A stretch of 54,444 nt of DNA, taken from the NCBI GenBank assembly GCA_030531425.1, contig JAUNNO010000002.1, forward strand, positions 1 to 54,444, given 5' to 3'. The position numbers were made by a program, and so were the translations under genes. This document shows positions 37,583-46,549 of this stretch, one piece after another. This DNA comes from a bacterium (GTDB lineage Bacteria; Bacillota_I; Bacilli_A; RF39; UBA660). Below the pieces are notes generated by a model. It searched no databases, had not been told where the DNA came from, and was given only the letters and a program-made list of their open reading frames with translations. Each line of letters begins with the position of its first letter. Position 1 is the first letter of the stretch.

Positions 37583-38500
37583 ATGAAAAATCGTGGATTT
37601 ACACTAGTAGAACTTTTAGCTGTAATAATAATAATTTCTCTTTTAGCCCTTTTAACTGGTACTGCTGTAACTAAATTAGTTAAAGATTCAAAAAAAGATT
37701 TGAGTGGTGTTCAAATAGAATTAATAAAATCAGCTTCAGAAACTTGGGGAAGTGATAACCTAGATTTATTACCAGAAGAAGGAAGTTGTGCTTATTTAAC
37801 TCTTCGTAATTTAAAAAACAGTGGATTAATTGGGGATTCTGTTATTGATCCTAAAGATACTACTGAGTTTTCTGATGATACTAAAATAAAAATATCAGCA
37901 GTAAGTAAAGGACTTGGAGTAAGCTATGAGTACGAAGTAAATCCTTCTACTATTGAAGGATGCACGCCTATTTATAATTTTATATGTGATTTTGTTGATA
38001 ATACTTATGGAAATGCAAAACAGATGGGATCTAAATATAGTTGTAAGGTAAATGATACAGATAGATTAGATTTTTATTTATTAAAAGTAAATGATAATGA
38101 TACAGTAAATTTGATTACTGCTTCTAATTTAGGTGGTACCGTTAGTTGGAGTACAGTTAACACCAATGAATATGAAGGTTCAATGCTTCAAAATACTATG
38201 AGGCAAAGAACAGAAGACTGGACTAATATAGGAGCTTCTAATATAGAAAATCCAACGGCAGATCAAATGATAGAAGCAGGATGCACTGTTAATACTTCTT
38301 GCCCTGAATTTTTAATCCAAAATTTAGATGATGTTCCAGCTCATGGATATTGGACTTCTACAGTAGCTAATTTGGATTTTAATAAGCCATACGCAGTTAC
38401 AAGTAATAATGGACTTTTTAAAGATACACTATCTATGTTAGAAACTAATATGTATGGTATTCGTCCTGTAATAACTATTCCAATAGATAAATTAGGTTAA
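37583..38500 (+). CDS. prepilin-type N-terminal motif protein with an unrelated C-terminal globular domain
   Basis: MKNRG|FTLVELLAVIIIISLLALL. The C-terminus contains GYWTST...GIRPVITI. Confidence 0.7.
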   Translation: MKNRGFTLVELLAVIIIISLLALLTGTAVTKLVKDSKKDLSGVQIELIKSASETWGSDNLDLLPEEGSCAYLTLRNLKNSGLIGDSVIDPKDTTEFSDDTKIKISAVSKGLGVSYEYEVNPSTIEGCTPIYNFICDFVDNTYGNAKQMGSKYSCKVNDTDRLDFYLLKVNDNDTVNLITASNLGGTVSWSTVNTNEYEGSMLQNTMRQRTEDWTNIGASNIENPTADQMIEAGCTVNTSCPEFLIQNLDDVPAHGYWTSTVANLDFNKPYAVTSNNGLFKDTLSMLETNMYGIRPVITIPIDKLG

Positions 38501-38524
38501 GACACATTATGTGTCTTTTTTTTT
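38499..38524 (+). terminator. intrinsic terminator
   Basis: AAGACACA-UUA-UGUGUCUU plus a T-run. Confidence 0.8.
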
Positions 38525-38578
38525 GTAATTTAATTTACTAATCTTTTATATACGTGATATAATATTTTTGGTGATTTT

Positions 38579-39304
38579 ATGTTGTATACTTCTCTTGATA
38601 ATAAAAAAATTAAAAATATAAAAAAATTAAGTCTAAAAAAATATAGGGATCAGTTTAGTCTTTTTATTGTAGAAGGATATCATTTAGTAGAAGAAGCTTA
38701 TAAGGCAGGATTGCTTAAAGAGGTTCTAATAGAAGAGAATACTAACTTTGATTTAGATGTTATAGTTAATTATGTTACAAAAGATATATTAAAAAGTATA
38801 AGTAATCTAGATACTCCAACTAATATAATAGGAATATGTGAAAAAAAGAAAGAATCTGATATAAAAAATAGAATTTTAATATTAGATTCTATACAAGATC
38901 CAGGAAATCTTGGCACTATTATAAGAAGTAGTGTAGCTTTTAATATAGACACTATAGTTTTAAATAATTGTGTAGATCTTTATAACTCAAAAACATTAAG
39001 ATCTACACAGGGAATGATTTTTCATATAAATATAATACAAAGACAGTTAGAAGAATTTATAAATAAATTAAAACTTGATAATTATAAAATATATGGCACA
39101 AAGGTAAATGGTGGAAAAAGCATAAAAAATGTTGAAAAAGTAGAAAAATTTGCTATAATAATGGGTAATGAAGGCGCTGGTGTAAGTAAAAAAATATTAG
39201 ATTTATGTGATGAATATTTATATATAAATATGAATAAATCTTGCGAAAGCTTAAATGTTGGAATTGCAACTAGTATTATCTTATATGAATTAGATAAGAG
39301 GTAG
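38579..39304 (+). CDS. TrmH/SpoU-family RNA 2'-O-methyltransferase
   Basis: ILDSIQDPGNLGTIIRS, IIMGNEGAGVS, LNVGIATSIILYE. Confidence 0.85.
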   Translation: MLYTSLDNKKIKNIKKLSLKKYRDQFSLFIVEGYHLVEEAYKAGLLKEVLIEENTNFDLDVIVNYVTKDILKSISNLDTPTNIIGICEKKKESDIKNRILILDSIQDPGNLGTIIRSSVAFNIDTIVLNNCVDLYNSKTLRSTQGMIFHINIIQRQLEEFINKLKLDNYKIYGTKVNGGKSIKNVEKVEKFAIIMGNEGAGVSKKILDLCDEYLYINMNKSCESLNVGIATSIILYELDKR

Positions 39305-39307
39305 TTT

Positions 39308-39793
39308 ATGAATTTAATTTATTTTGGTAAAATAGTAAATACACATGGATTAAAAGGCGAAATTAGAATAATTAGTGATTTTAAGTATAAGGAAGATGTA
39401 TTAAAAAGAAATAATAAAATATATATAAAAAATATGGAGTATATAATAAATTCATATAGACATCATAAAATTTATGATATGGTTACATTAAATAATATAA
39501 ATACAATAGATGCAGCCTTAAATTTAAAAGGTGAAGAAGTATATATAAATAGACTTGATTATAAGTTTGAAGGCTACCTAAATGAAGAGTTGATAGGATT
39601 AGAAGTATATGATAAATCTAATTATAAAGGTAAGGTTGTAGATATATTAAAATCTAATTTATATGATATTTTAGTTATTGATGGAATAAAAAGACATATG
39701 GTTCCAAACATAGATAAATTTATAGATAAAGTAGATTTAGAAAATAAAAAAATTAATATAAAATATATAAGAGGTTTAGATAATGAAGATTGA
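39308..39793 (+). CDS. rimM: 16S rRNA processing protein RimM
   Basis: GKIVNTHGLKGEIRI. Adjacent to trmD. Confidence 0.85.
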   Translation: MNLIYFGKIVNTHGLKGEIRIISDFKYKEDVLKRNNKIYIKNMEYIINSYRHHKIYDMVTLNNINTIDAALNLKGEEVYINRLDYKFEGYLNEELIGLEVYDKSNYKGKVVDILKSNLYDILVIDGIKRHMVPNIDKFIDKVDLENKKINIKYIRGLDNED

Positions 39794-40451
39794 TGTTTTA
39801 ACACTTTTTCCTGATATGTTTGAAGGCTTTATTAAAGAGTCAATAATAAAAAGAGCTATTGATAAAAAAATAGTAGAAATAAATTTAATTGATTTTAGAG
39901 CTTATTCGAAAGATCCCCACAAAAAAGTAGATGATTATCAGATAGGTGGAGGAGCTGGAATGGTTTTAATGCCACAACCTATATTTGATGCAGTTTCCGA
40001 TTTAAAAGGTGATAATACTAAGGTTATATTATTAACTCCTCAAGGTGAAAAATATAATCAAAATATAGCTTATGATTTAAGTCGTGAGACTCATTTAATA
40101 ATTATATGTGGTCATTATGAAGGCTTTGATGAAAGAATAAGAAGTCTTGCAGATATTGAACTTAGTATAGGAGATTTTGTTCTTACAGGTGGAGAAGTAC
40201 CTGCTATGGCGATAGTAGATAGCATAGTAAGATTATTAGATGGAGTAATTACAAAAGAATCACATATTAATGATTCATTTAATAATAATTTACTTGATTA
40301 TCCAGTCTACACGCATCCAATAGATTTTAAAGGTATGAAAGTCCCAGAAATTTTACTTTCAGGCCATCATGAAAATATAGCTAATTGGAGATATATGGAG
40401 CAGCTTAAAAGAACTAAAGAAAGAAGACCAGATTTATTAGAAAAGAGATGA
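39783..40451 (+). CDS. trmD: tRNA (guanine37-N1)-methyltransferase
   Basis: VLTLFPDMF, GGGAGMVL, CGHYEGFDER, SIGDFVLTGGE. Confidence 0.95.
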   Translation: MKIDVLTLFPDMFEGFIKESIIKRAIDKKIVEINLIDFRAYSKDPHKKVDDYQIGGGAGMVLMPQPIFDAVSDLKGDNTKVILLTPQGEKYNQNIAYDLSRETHLIIICGHYEGFDERIRSLADIELSIGDFVLTGGEVPAMAIVDSIVRLLDGVITKESHINDSFNNNLLDYPVYTHPIDFKGMKVPEILLSGHHENIANWRYMEQLKRTKERRPDLLEKR

Positions 40452-40455
40452 TTTT

Positions 40456-40914
40456 ATGATGGAATTGAATTGGTGTATATATAAAAAAAATAATTTAACG
40501 CAAATAAAAAAAATAAATTATAAAAAATTAGAAGGTATTGATTTTACACCTAAAAATAAAATAAAAAATGGAATAAATGTAAATAAAATTTTAATTATAA
40601 AACCATCTATGGTAGAAAAAATTTTAAAGAAAAAAATTAATAGAAAATTAGATTTATATTTAAAGTTAATAGTTAAATTTATAGAAAGTGATGATTCTGG
40701 TAGTGATGATACACTAAGGGAAGCATTAAATGATCTATCAAGATATAAAAGCATAGTTGAATATAAATACAAAAAATATTTAGATCAAAAATATTTAAAA
40801 TATTTATCAAAAAAAATTGCAATATTAGAATATGAATTAAATTCAAAACTTATAAATTTTGATGTATTAGAAGAACAATTTGAAGAAGAAAAGACTTCAA
40901 ACAGAAGGAGATAA
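40456..40914 (+). CDS. hypothetical Lys-rich protein
   Basis: 152-aa ORF packed 4 nt after trmD. No recognisable motif. Confidence 0.4.
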   Translation: MMELNWCIYKKNNLTQIKKINYKKLEGIDFTPKNKIKNGINVNKILIIKPSMVEKILKKKINRKLDLYLKLIVKFIESDDSGSDDTLREALNDLSRYKSIVEYKYKKYLDQKYLKYLSKKIAILEYELNSKLINFDVLEEQFEEEKTSNRRR

Positions 40915-40915
40915 T

Positions 40916-41710
40916 ATGGTAAATTATTGGTTAACTTGCTTAGATAATAAACAATTAAAAATGATTGAATTGAATGATATAATTAATGATAAAAGAATCT
41001 CTACATTAGATGAATTTACTAGTAAGTTTAAAAGTAAAGAGGAATTAAAATCATTTTTAATTAAAAATAATTATATTGATTCATCATTTTTAAAAAGTGA
41101 TATTTGTATAATTTATAAGGCAAATAAAAAAATAAATTACTTAGAAGTATTATATGGTAATATGAAAAAATATACTGAGTATGATTATTTGTTACATACT
41201 ATGTATAGTTTAACCTCTGATGTAGATTTTTTAAATAAATTAATAGAACGTTATAGTATGGTAAACCAAAGATTTAATACACAGTTTTCAAATATTTTGT
41301 CTTTAAGATATTACGTAAATGTTTTAAAATCAGATCAGGTTAACGATGATTTAAGAGAAAATGTTTATTATATTATTGAGAATATAATAAAAAAAGCTAC
41401 AACTAAATCTTCTGATTTAAAAATCGAAGGATATAAAGAAAATTATAGAGGATTAAGAGACTTAGGATTATTTGTTTATGGCTATATAAATAAAAAAGAA
41501 AAACAAATAAAAAAATATAATAACAAGGAAAAAACAGATAATGATTATAAAAATCATATGAATATGACTTTTGAATCTTTAGATAGTGAGTTATTATTTC
41601 CACCAAATTCTTCTGAAGAGGATATGTATTTAAAATATTTAGACGAGTTAGAATCTATAGCCGAAGAAGAAACAATTATTGATGATAAAGGGCATCCATA
41701 TTGTAGATAA
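40916..41710 (+). CDS. hypothetical protein
   Basis: AAGGAG then ATG 40916 (MVNYWLTCLDNK), 264 aa. No recognisable motif. A terminator-like hairpin follows the stop. Confidence 0.45.
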   Translation: MVNYWLTCLDNKQLKMIELNDIINDKRISTLDEFTSKFKSKEELKSFLIKNNYIDSSFLKSDICIIYKANKKINYLEVLYGNMKKYTEYDYLLHTMYSLTSDVDFLNKLIERYSMVNQRFNTQFSNILSLRYYVNVLKSDQVNDDLRENVYYIIENIIKKATTKSSDLKIEGYKENYRGLRDLGLFVYGYINKKEKQIKKYNNKEKTDNDYKNHMNMTFESLDSELLFPPNSSEEDMYLKYLDELESIAEEETIIDDKGHPYCR

Positions 41711-41788
41711 GAATTTCTTATCTTTTTATTTACAAATTTTTTAATTCATGTTACAATTAAGATGTATTCATAAGCGAGGTGTTATGAT

Positions 41789-42031
41789 ATGGATGATACT
41801 AAAGTATATGATTCAGATGAGTTTTCGAATGAATATGTTGCTTTAAAAATAAAAGAAGTTGCTGAAATTTTGAAGCAAAGAGGTTATAATCCTGTTAATC
41901 AAATTGTTGGTTATTTAATGAGTGGAGATCCAGGATATATTTCTAATCATAAAGAGGCTAGAAGTAAGATAACTGAATTTGATAGAACAAAAATATTAGA
42001 AACTATTGTAAAGGCATTTTTAGAAGATTAG
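41789..42031 (+). CDS. ireB: IreB-family regulatory phosphoprotein (UPF0297/DUF965)
   Basis: EILKQRGYNPVNQIVGYLMSGDPGYISNHKEAR. Precedes ruvX as usual. Confidence 0.85.
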   Translation: MDDTKVYDSDEFSNEYVALKIKEVAEILKQRGYNPVNQIVGYLMSGDPGYISNHKEARSKITEFDRTKILETIVKAFLED

Positions 42032-42480
42032 TGAGATATTTAGGGTTAGATTTAGGCACAAAAACATTAGGAATTTCTATTAGTGATACAACTTATACTA
42101 TAGCTACACCTCTTAAAATTATTAGATTTGAAGAAGATTGTTATGATTCTACATTTATAGAATTAGAAAAAATAATAAATGAATATAATATATCAAAATT
42201 TATACTTGGATATCCTAAAAATATGAATAACACAATAGGAGATAGATGTATAAAAACTTTAGAATATAAGAAAAAATTAGAGCAAAAATTTGGAATTGAA
42301 GTTATTTTACAAGACGAAAGACTAACAACAAAAGAGGCAACAACTTATATGTTAAAGGCAGATATTTCAAGAAAAAAAAGGAAGAAGAAAATAGATAGCT
42401 TAGCTGCAAATATAATTCTTCAAACATATTTGGATAAAACAAAAGGAGGAAATTATGAAGGAAGAACAAATGACATTTAA
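42031..42480 (+). CDS. ruvX: Holliday-junction-resolvase-like pre-16S rRNA nuclease YqgF
   Basis: GTG start. RYLGLDLGTKTLGISISD, DERLTT. Confidence 0.85.
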   Translation: MRYLGLDLGTKTLGISISDTTYTIATPLKIIRFEEDCYDSTFIELEKIINEYNISKFILGYPKNMNNTIGDRCIKTLEYKKKLEQKFGIEVILQDERLTTKEATTYMLKADISRKKRKKKIDSLAANIILQTYLDKTKGGNYEGRTNDI

Positions 42481-42745
42481 AGTAATTAATGATGAGGGTA
42501 AAGAGGTTGAGTGTGAAGCACTATTTACATTTGAATCAGATGAAACAAATAAAAATTATATAGTTTACACTGATAATACATTAGATGAAGAAGGTAATAC
42601 TAAAGTATATGCATCAATATATAACCCAGATGAAGATGAGACTAAATTACTTCCAATACAAACTGATAAAGAATGGAAAATAATAGAAACAATTTTAGAA
42701 GAATTGCAAAATGAAGCTTTTAATAATATGAAAGGTGAAGAGTAA
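42455..42745 (+). CDS. DUF1292 family protein
   Basis: 96 aa, acidic, behind AGGAGG. Conserved position between ruvX and mltG. Confidence 0.7.
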   Translation: MKEEQMTFKVINDEGKEVECEALFTFESDETNKNYIVYTDNTLDEEGNTKVYASIYNPDEDETKLLPIQTDKEWKIIETILEELQNEAFNNMKGEE

Positions 42746-42760
42746 TAGCTCTTTTCTTTT

Positions 42761-43834
42761 ATGAAAAAAATAGTAGTAATTTTTTTAGGCATAATCGCTT
42801 TTTCGATTCTTGGATTGTGTCTAATTTATAATATGAATTTAAAAGCTGTTGATAAAAAAGATTTATCTAAAACAGAATTCATGGTAGATAGTGGGAGTAC
42901 TTATTATAATGTTATATCTAAATTAAAAAAAGAAGACTTAATAAAAAGTGAATTATGCTTTAAATTATATGTCAAATTTAACAAAGTAAATAATGTAGAG
43001 GCTGGAACATATTTATTAAGTAAATCAATGTCTGTAAAAGATATTATAGATACATTTTCAAAAGGAAATACGTATAATCCTGATGCTGTAGTTATAACAT
43101 TTAAAGAGGGTAAAAATATAAGAAGTGTAGCAAGCCTAATAGCTAAAAACACTTCTAACTCTGAAAATGATGTATATAATTTATTAAAAGATAAGGACTA
43201 TTTAAATACTCTAAAAAGTAAATATTGGTTTATAGATGATAGTATATTAAATGATAAAATATATTATTCATTAGAAGGTTATTTATATCCAAATACATAT
43301 GAGTTTAAAAATAAAGATGTTACTATCAAAGAAATATTTGAAACAATGTTAGATGAGACTGAAAAAAAATTAGCTGATTATAAATCTGATGTATTAAATT
43401 CTAAATATTCACTTCATCAAATATTAACATTAGCTTCAATAGTTGAGTTAGAAGGTGGAAATAGTTCTGATCGAGAGGGAATTGCTGGAGTATTTTATAA
43501 TAGATTAAATAATAATATACCTTTAGGTAGTGATGTTACTACATATTATGCTTCTAGAATAGATTTAAATGAAAGAGATTTATATCAAACTGAGATAGAT
43601 GATGTAAATGATTATAATACAAGAAGTAGTAGTATGGCAGGGCGCCTTCCAATAGGTCCTATTTGTAATCCTTCTATTGATTCAATAAAAGCTGTATTAT
43701 ATCCAACCGAGTCCGATTATTTTTACTTTATAGCGGATAAAACAGGAAAGACTTATTTTTCTAAAACATATTCGGAGCACAAACAAGCAAAGCAAGATTT
43801 AATTGAGGCAGGATTATGGTACAATTACGAATAG
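42761..43834 (+). CDS. mltG: endolytic murein transglycosylase MltG (YceG)
   Basis: N-terminal TM helix, LASIVELEG, and YNTRSSSMAGRLPIGPICNP. Confidence 0.85.
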   Translation: MKKIVVIFLGIIAFSILGLCLIYNMNLKAVDKKDLSKTEFMVDSGSTYYNVISKLKKEDLIKSELCFKLYVKFNKVNNVEAGTYLLSKSMSVKDIIDTFSKGNTYNPDAVVITFKEGKNIRSVASLIAKNTSNSENDVYNLLKDKDYLNTLKSKYWFIDDSILNDKIYYSLEGYLYPNTYEFKNKDVTIKEIFETMLDETEKKLADYKSDVLNSKYSLHQILTLASIVELEGGNSSDREGIAGVFYNRLNNNIPLGSDVTTYYASRIDLNERDLYQTEIDDVNDYNTRSSSMAGRLPIGPICNPSIDSIKAVLYPTESDYFYFIADKTGKTYFSKTYSEHKQAKQDLIEAGLWYNYE

Positions 43835-44403
43835 AAGATTTGGAAGAGTATGCTATAGTTAATAATATACCTATAATGCAAAAAGATGGTATTGAATTTT
43901 TAACTCAATATATAAAAGAAAATAATATAAAAAATATATTAGAAATAGGTACTGCTATAGGATATTCTGCAATAAAGATGGCAAGAGTTTCTAACGATAT
44001 AAAAGTAACAACTATAGAAAGGGATTTAGAAAGATATAATTTAGCCATTAAAAATATAGAAAAATTTAATTTGTCTGATAGAATATCTGTTATATATAAA
44101 GATGCTTTGGATGTTGATGTTGAATCTAAATATGATTTAATATTTATAGATGCTGCTAAGGGTCAATATATTAAATTTTTTGAAAAATTTGATAAGAATT
44201 TAAATTTAAATGGTACTATTGTAAGTGATAATTTATCATTCCATGGACTTGTTTTAGATGATAGTAAAACTAATAATAGAAATACAAAGCAGCTAGTTAG
44301 AAAAATTAGAAATTATATTGAATTTTTAAAAGAAAATAAAAATTATAAAACTACATTTTATACTATAGGTGATGGAGTTTCTATTTCAATAAAATTAAAA
44401 TAA
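43816..44403 (+). CDS. SAM-dependent O-methyltransferase (YrrM/TrmR-like)
   Basis: ILEIGTAIGYSAI SAM motif and DLIFIDAAK. Position after mltG as in Bacillus yrrL-yrrM. Confidence 0.75.
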   Translation: MVQLRIEDLEEYAIVNNIPIMQKDGIEFLTQYIKENNIKNILEIGTAIGYSAIKMARVSNDIKVTTIERDLERYNLAIKNIEKFNLSDRISVIYKDALDVDVESKYDLIFIDAAKGQYIKFFEKFDKNLNLNGTIVSDNLSFHGLVLDDSKTNNRNTKQLVRKIRNYIEFLKENKNYKTTFYTIGDGVSISIKLK

Positions 44404-44406
44404 AAC

Positions 44407-44434
44407 TTGAAAAAAAAAATAATTATGTTATAAT
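44407..44434 (+). promoter_or_regulatory. sigma-A promoter with extended -10 for the Asp T-box transcript
   Basis: TTGAAA (44407-44412), 16-nt spacer ending TGt, TATAAT (44429-44434). Confidence 0.6.
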
Positions 44435-44440
44435 ATATTT

Positions 44441-44634
44441 GTATTTGCAAGAATAAGTATATATAAATAATTTAAAGAGAGTTAGTATCAGGTGTAAACT
44501 AATAATTAAATATATAGAAAAGACAACTTGCGCTAAATAATCGGGTAACTGCGTTATAAGTATAAAGGTAGATTAATCTATGAATCAAGGTGGCACAGCC
44601 TACATTAGGCCCTTGAATTTATAGATTTTTTTTG
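44441..44634 (+). promoter_or_regulatory. T-box leader upstream of aspS (specifier most likely GAC, register ambiguous)
   Basis: Stem I GCAAG/CUUGC and UAUAUAU/AUAUAUA. AGAGAG and GGUGUAA distal motifs. Specifier loop GAAAAGACAA (44517-44526). T-box core CAAGGUGGCACAGCC (44586-44600). A long hairpin and U8 end at 44633. Confidence 0.75.
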
Positions 44635-44647
44635 TAGGAGGAATATT

Positions 44648-45964
44648 ATGAATAAAAAATACGTAAATGAACTTAAAAATCATATAGGAGAAGAAATATC
44701 TTTTAGTGGATTTGTAGATACTATAAGAGATAAGAAATGGGTTATGTTTGTAATACTTAGAGATTCTACTGGTAAAGTTCAAATGACTATTGAAAAAAGT
44801 TTAGAAGAAAATAAAAAACTACTTGATATTATGTCTAATATATCAGTAGAAAGTACTGTAAAAGTAACTGGTAAATTAGTTAGTAATGAAGCTGTTAAAT
44901 TAGGTGGTATGGAAATAATACCAAGTAATATAGAAATTACTAGTATTGCTGAAAACCTACCATTTGATTATAATAATTTAGATGGTGTAAATATTGATAC
45001 TAGATTAGATTATAGATGGATAGATATAAGAAATGAAAAAAATATGTTAATAAGACAAATTGAATCTTGCATGGTTCAAACTATGAGAGACTATTTATAT
45101 TCTAAAGATTTTATTGAAATTCATACACCTAAATTAATAGGTGCTGCATCAGAATCTGGTAGTGAAGTATTTGAAGTTAAATATTTTGATAGATCGGCAT
45201 ACTTAGCTCAATCTCCACAATTTTATAAACAAATGGCAATGAGTGGTGGATTATCTAAAATATTTGAAGTAGCTCCATCCTTTAGAGCTGAAAACTCAAA
45301 TACTAATCGTCACACAACAGAATTTACATCTTTTGATTTAGAATTTTCTTATATAGATTCTTATTTAGATGTAATGGACTTAGAAGAAGATTTACTTATA
45401 GCAGGTCTTTCTAAAGTAAAAGAAAAGTATGGAGATGTAATAAAAGAAGTATTTAATACAGAAGTTGTAATACCAACTAAACCATTCCCTAGAATGGGAT
45501 TAAAAGATTTATATCAGGAATTGCATGAAAGATATAACTTTGAAATACCAGAACACGATATTGGAGATATGAATGCTGAAGCGGAAAAATTAACATATAG
45601 ATTAGCAAAAGAAAAATTTAATCACGAATTTATGTTTATAGATGATTATACTGCTACTAAAAGACCTTTCTATCATATGAGAGATGATGCTGGTCGCCTT
45701 CAAGGATATGATTTAATTTGGAGAGGTACTGAAATAACTAGTGGAGCACAAAGAGAGCATAGATATGAAGAATTAGTTAAAAATGCTAAAGAAAAAGGTT
45801 TAGGAAAAGATGTTGAATTTTATTTACAATTCTTTAAATATGGATGCCCTCCACATGGTGGGTTTGCTATTGGAGTAGATAGACTTACTATGTTACTTCT
45901 AGGTACAGGAAACCTAAAGGATACTATGTTTATATTTAGAGGCCCAAATAGATTAAATCCTTAA
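44648..45964 (+). CDS. aspS: aspartyl-tRNA synthetase, short archaeal/type-2 form (no GAD insertion)
   Basis: 438 aa. FRAENSNTNRHTTEF, GAQREHRYEEL, GGFAIGVDRLTMLLLG. The C-terminus ends ..FRGPNRLNP. Confidence 0.85.
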   Translation: MNKKYVNELKNHIGEEISFSGFVDTIRDKKWVMFVILRDSTGKVQMTIEKSLEENKKLLDIMSNISVESTVKVTGKLVSNEAVKLGGMEIIPSNIEITSIAENLPFDYNNLDGVNIDTRLDYRWIDIRNEKNMLIRQIESCMVQTMRDYLYSKDFIEIHTPKLIGAASESGSEVFEVKYFDRSAYLAQSPQFYKQMAMSGGLSKIFEVAPSFRAENSNTNRHTTEFTSFDLEFSYIDSYLDVMDLEEDLLIAGLSKVKEKYGDVIKEVFNTEVVIPTKPFPRMGLKDLYQELHERYNFEIPEHDIGDMNAEAEKLTYRLAKEKFNHEFMFIDDYTATKRPFYHMRDDAGRLQGYDLIWRGTEITSGAQREHRYEELVKNAKEKGLGKDVEFYLQFFKYGCPPHGGFAIGVDRLTMLLLGTGNLKDTMFIFRGPNRLNP

Positions 45965-45994
45965 TGAGTGAAAAAAGACAATTTGTTACTATTC

Positions 45995-46009
45995 GTAGAC
46001 GTTTTTCAA
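45995..46009 (+). repeat. 15-bp direct repeat, copy 1 (GTAGACGTTTTTCAA)
   Basis: Exact match to 46550-46564. Confidence 0.9.
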
Positions 46010-46086
46010 CGCAAATTTTTATACTAAATTCAGTTTTTTTATATACTAGGAAAGTGCATGGTAAACTAAAAAACAATAAAAATGAA

Positions 46087-46119
46087 AAAAGTGCGCAAAA
46101 AAAACTTGTGCACTTTTTG
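46087..46119. terminator. bidirectional intrinsic terminator between aspS and the convergent zinc-ribbon ORF
   Basis: AAAAGUGCGCAA / UUGUGCACUUUU 12-bp stem (one G-U pair) with A/U-rich flanks on both strands. Confidence 0.75.
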
Positions 46120-46156
46120 TATGAACTTAAACAAGCAAATAATTAATAATTGTAAA

Positions 46157-46366
46157 TTAATCTTCATTATATTCGTATACTTTACCTTTGTAATTTTTAT
46201 AATAAATTGGTGTCATAACTCCGTCACATTTTTCACAATCAAATCTTGGAGGGCAATTAGAATAACCATGATCATGTTTGTCCATCATATCAACAATATA
46301 GAATGGAATATTTTCTTTAACTTTACATTTAGGGCAAATGAAGGTTACAAAAGATATAAAAATCAA
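46157..46366 (-). CDS. small zinc-ribbon protein (CPKC..CEKC), start codon doubtful
   Basis: 69-aa ORF with two CxxC pairs. The only possible start is TTG 46366 without an SD, so it may be truncated. Confidence 0.4.
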   Translation of the reverse strand: MIFISFVTFICPKCKVKENIPFYIVDMMDKHDHGYSNCPPRFDCEKCDGVMTPIYYKNYKGKVYEYNED

Positions 46367-46549
46367 TTAATTTATTGATAACAAATAAAGATGAACTTTA
46401 TTTGTATAACTTATTATAATCAATAAGATTTAAAAATCAAGGGTTTCATAAACTCATTTCATTTGCAACTGATTTTAAAATCTTATAAACTATAATTAGA
46501 CTTATTTCCGTTTTTATATCAAAAGCTGAAATCCAAATAAAAATTAGCG

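Noticed and set aside
45964-46378. Plus-strand ORFs 45964..46146 and 46082..46378
   Set aside because: They have no SD and a low-complexity K/N/F-rich composition. They run through the bidirectional terminator hairpin and lie antisense to the zinc-ribbon ORF.
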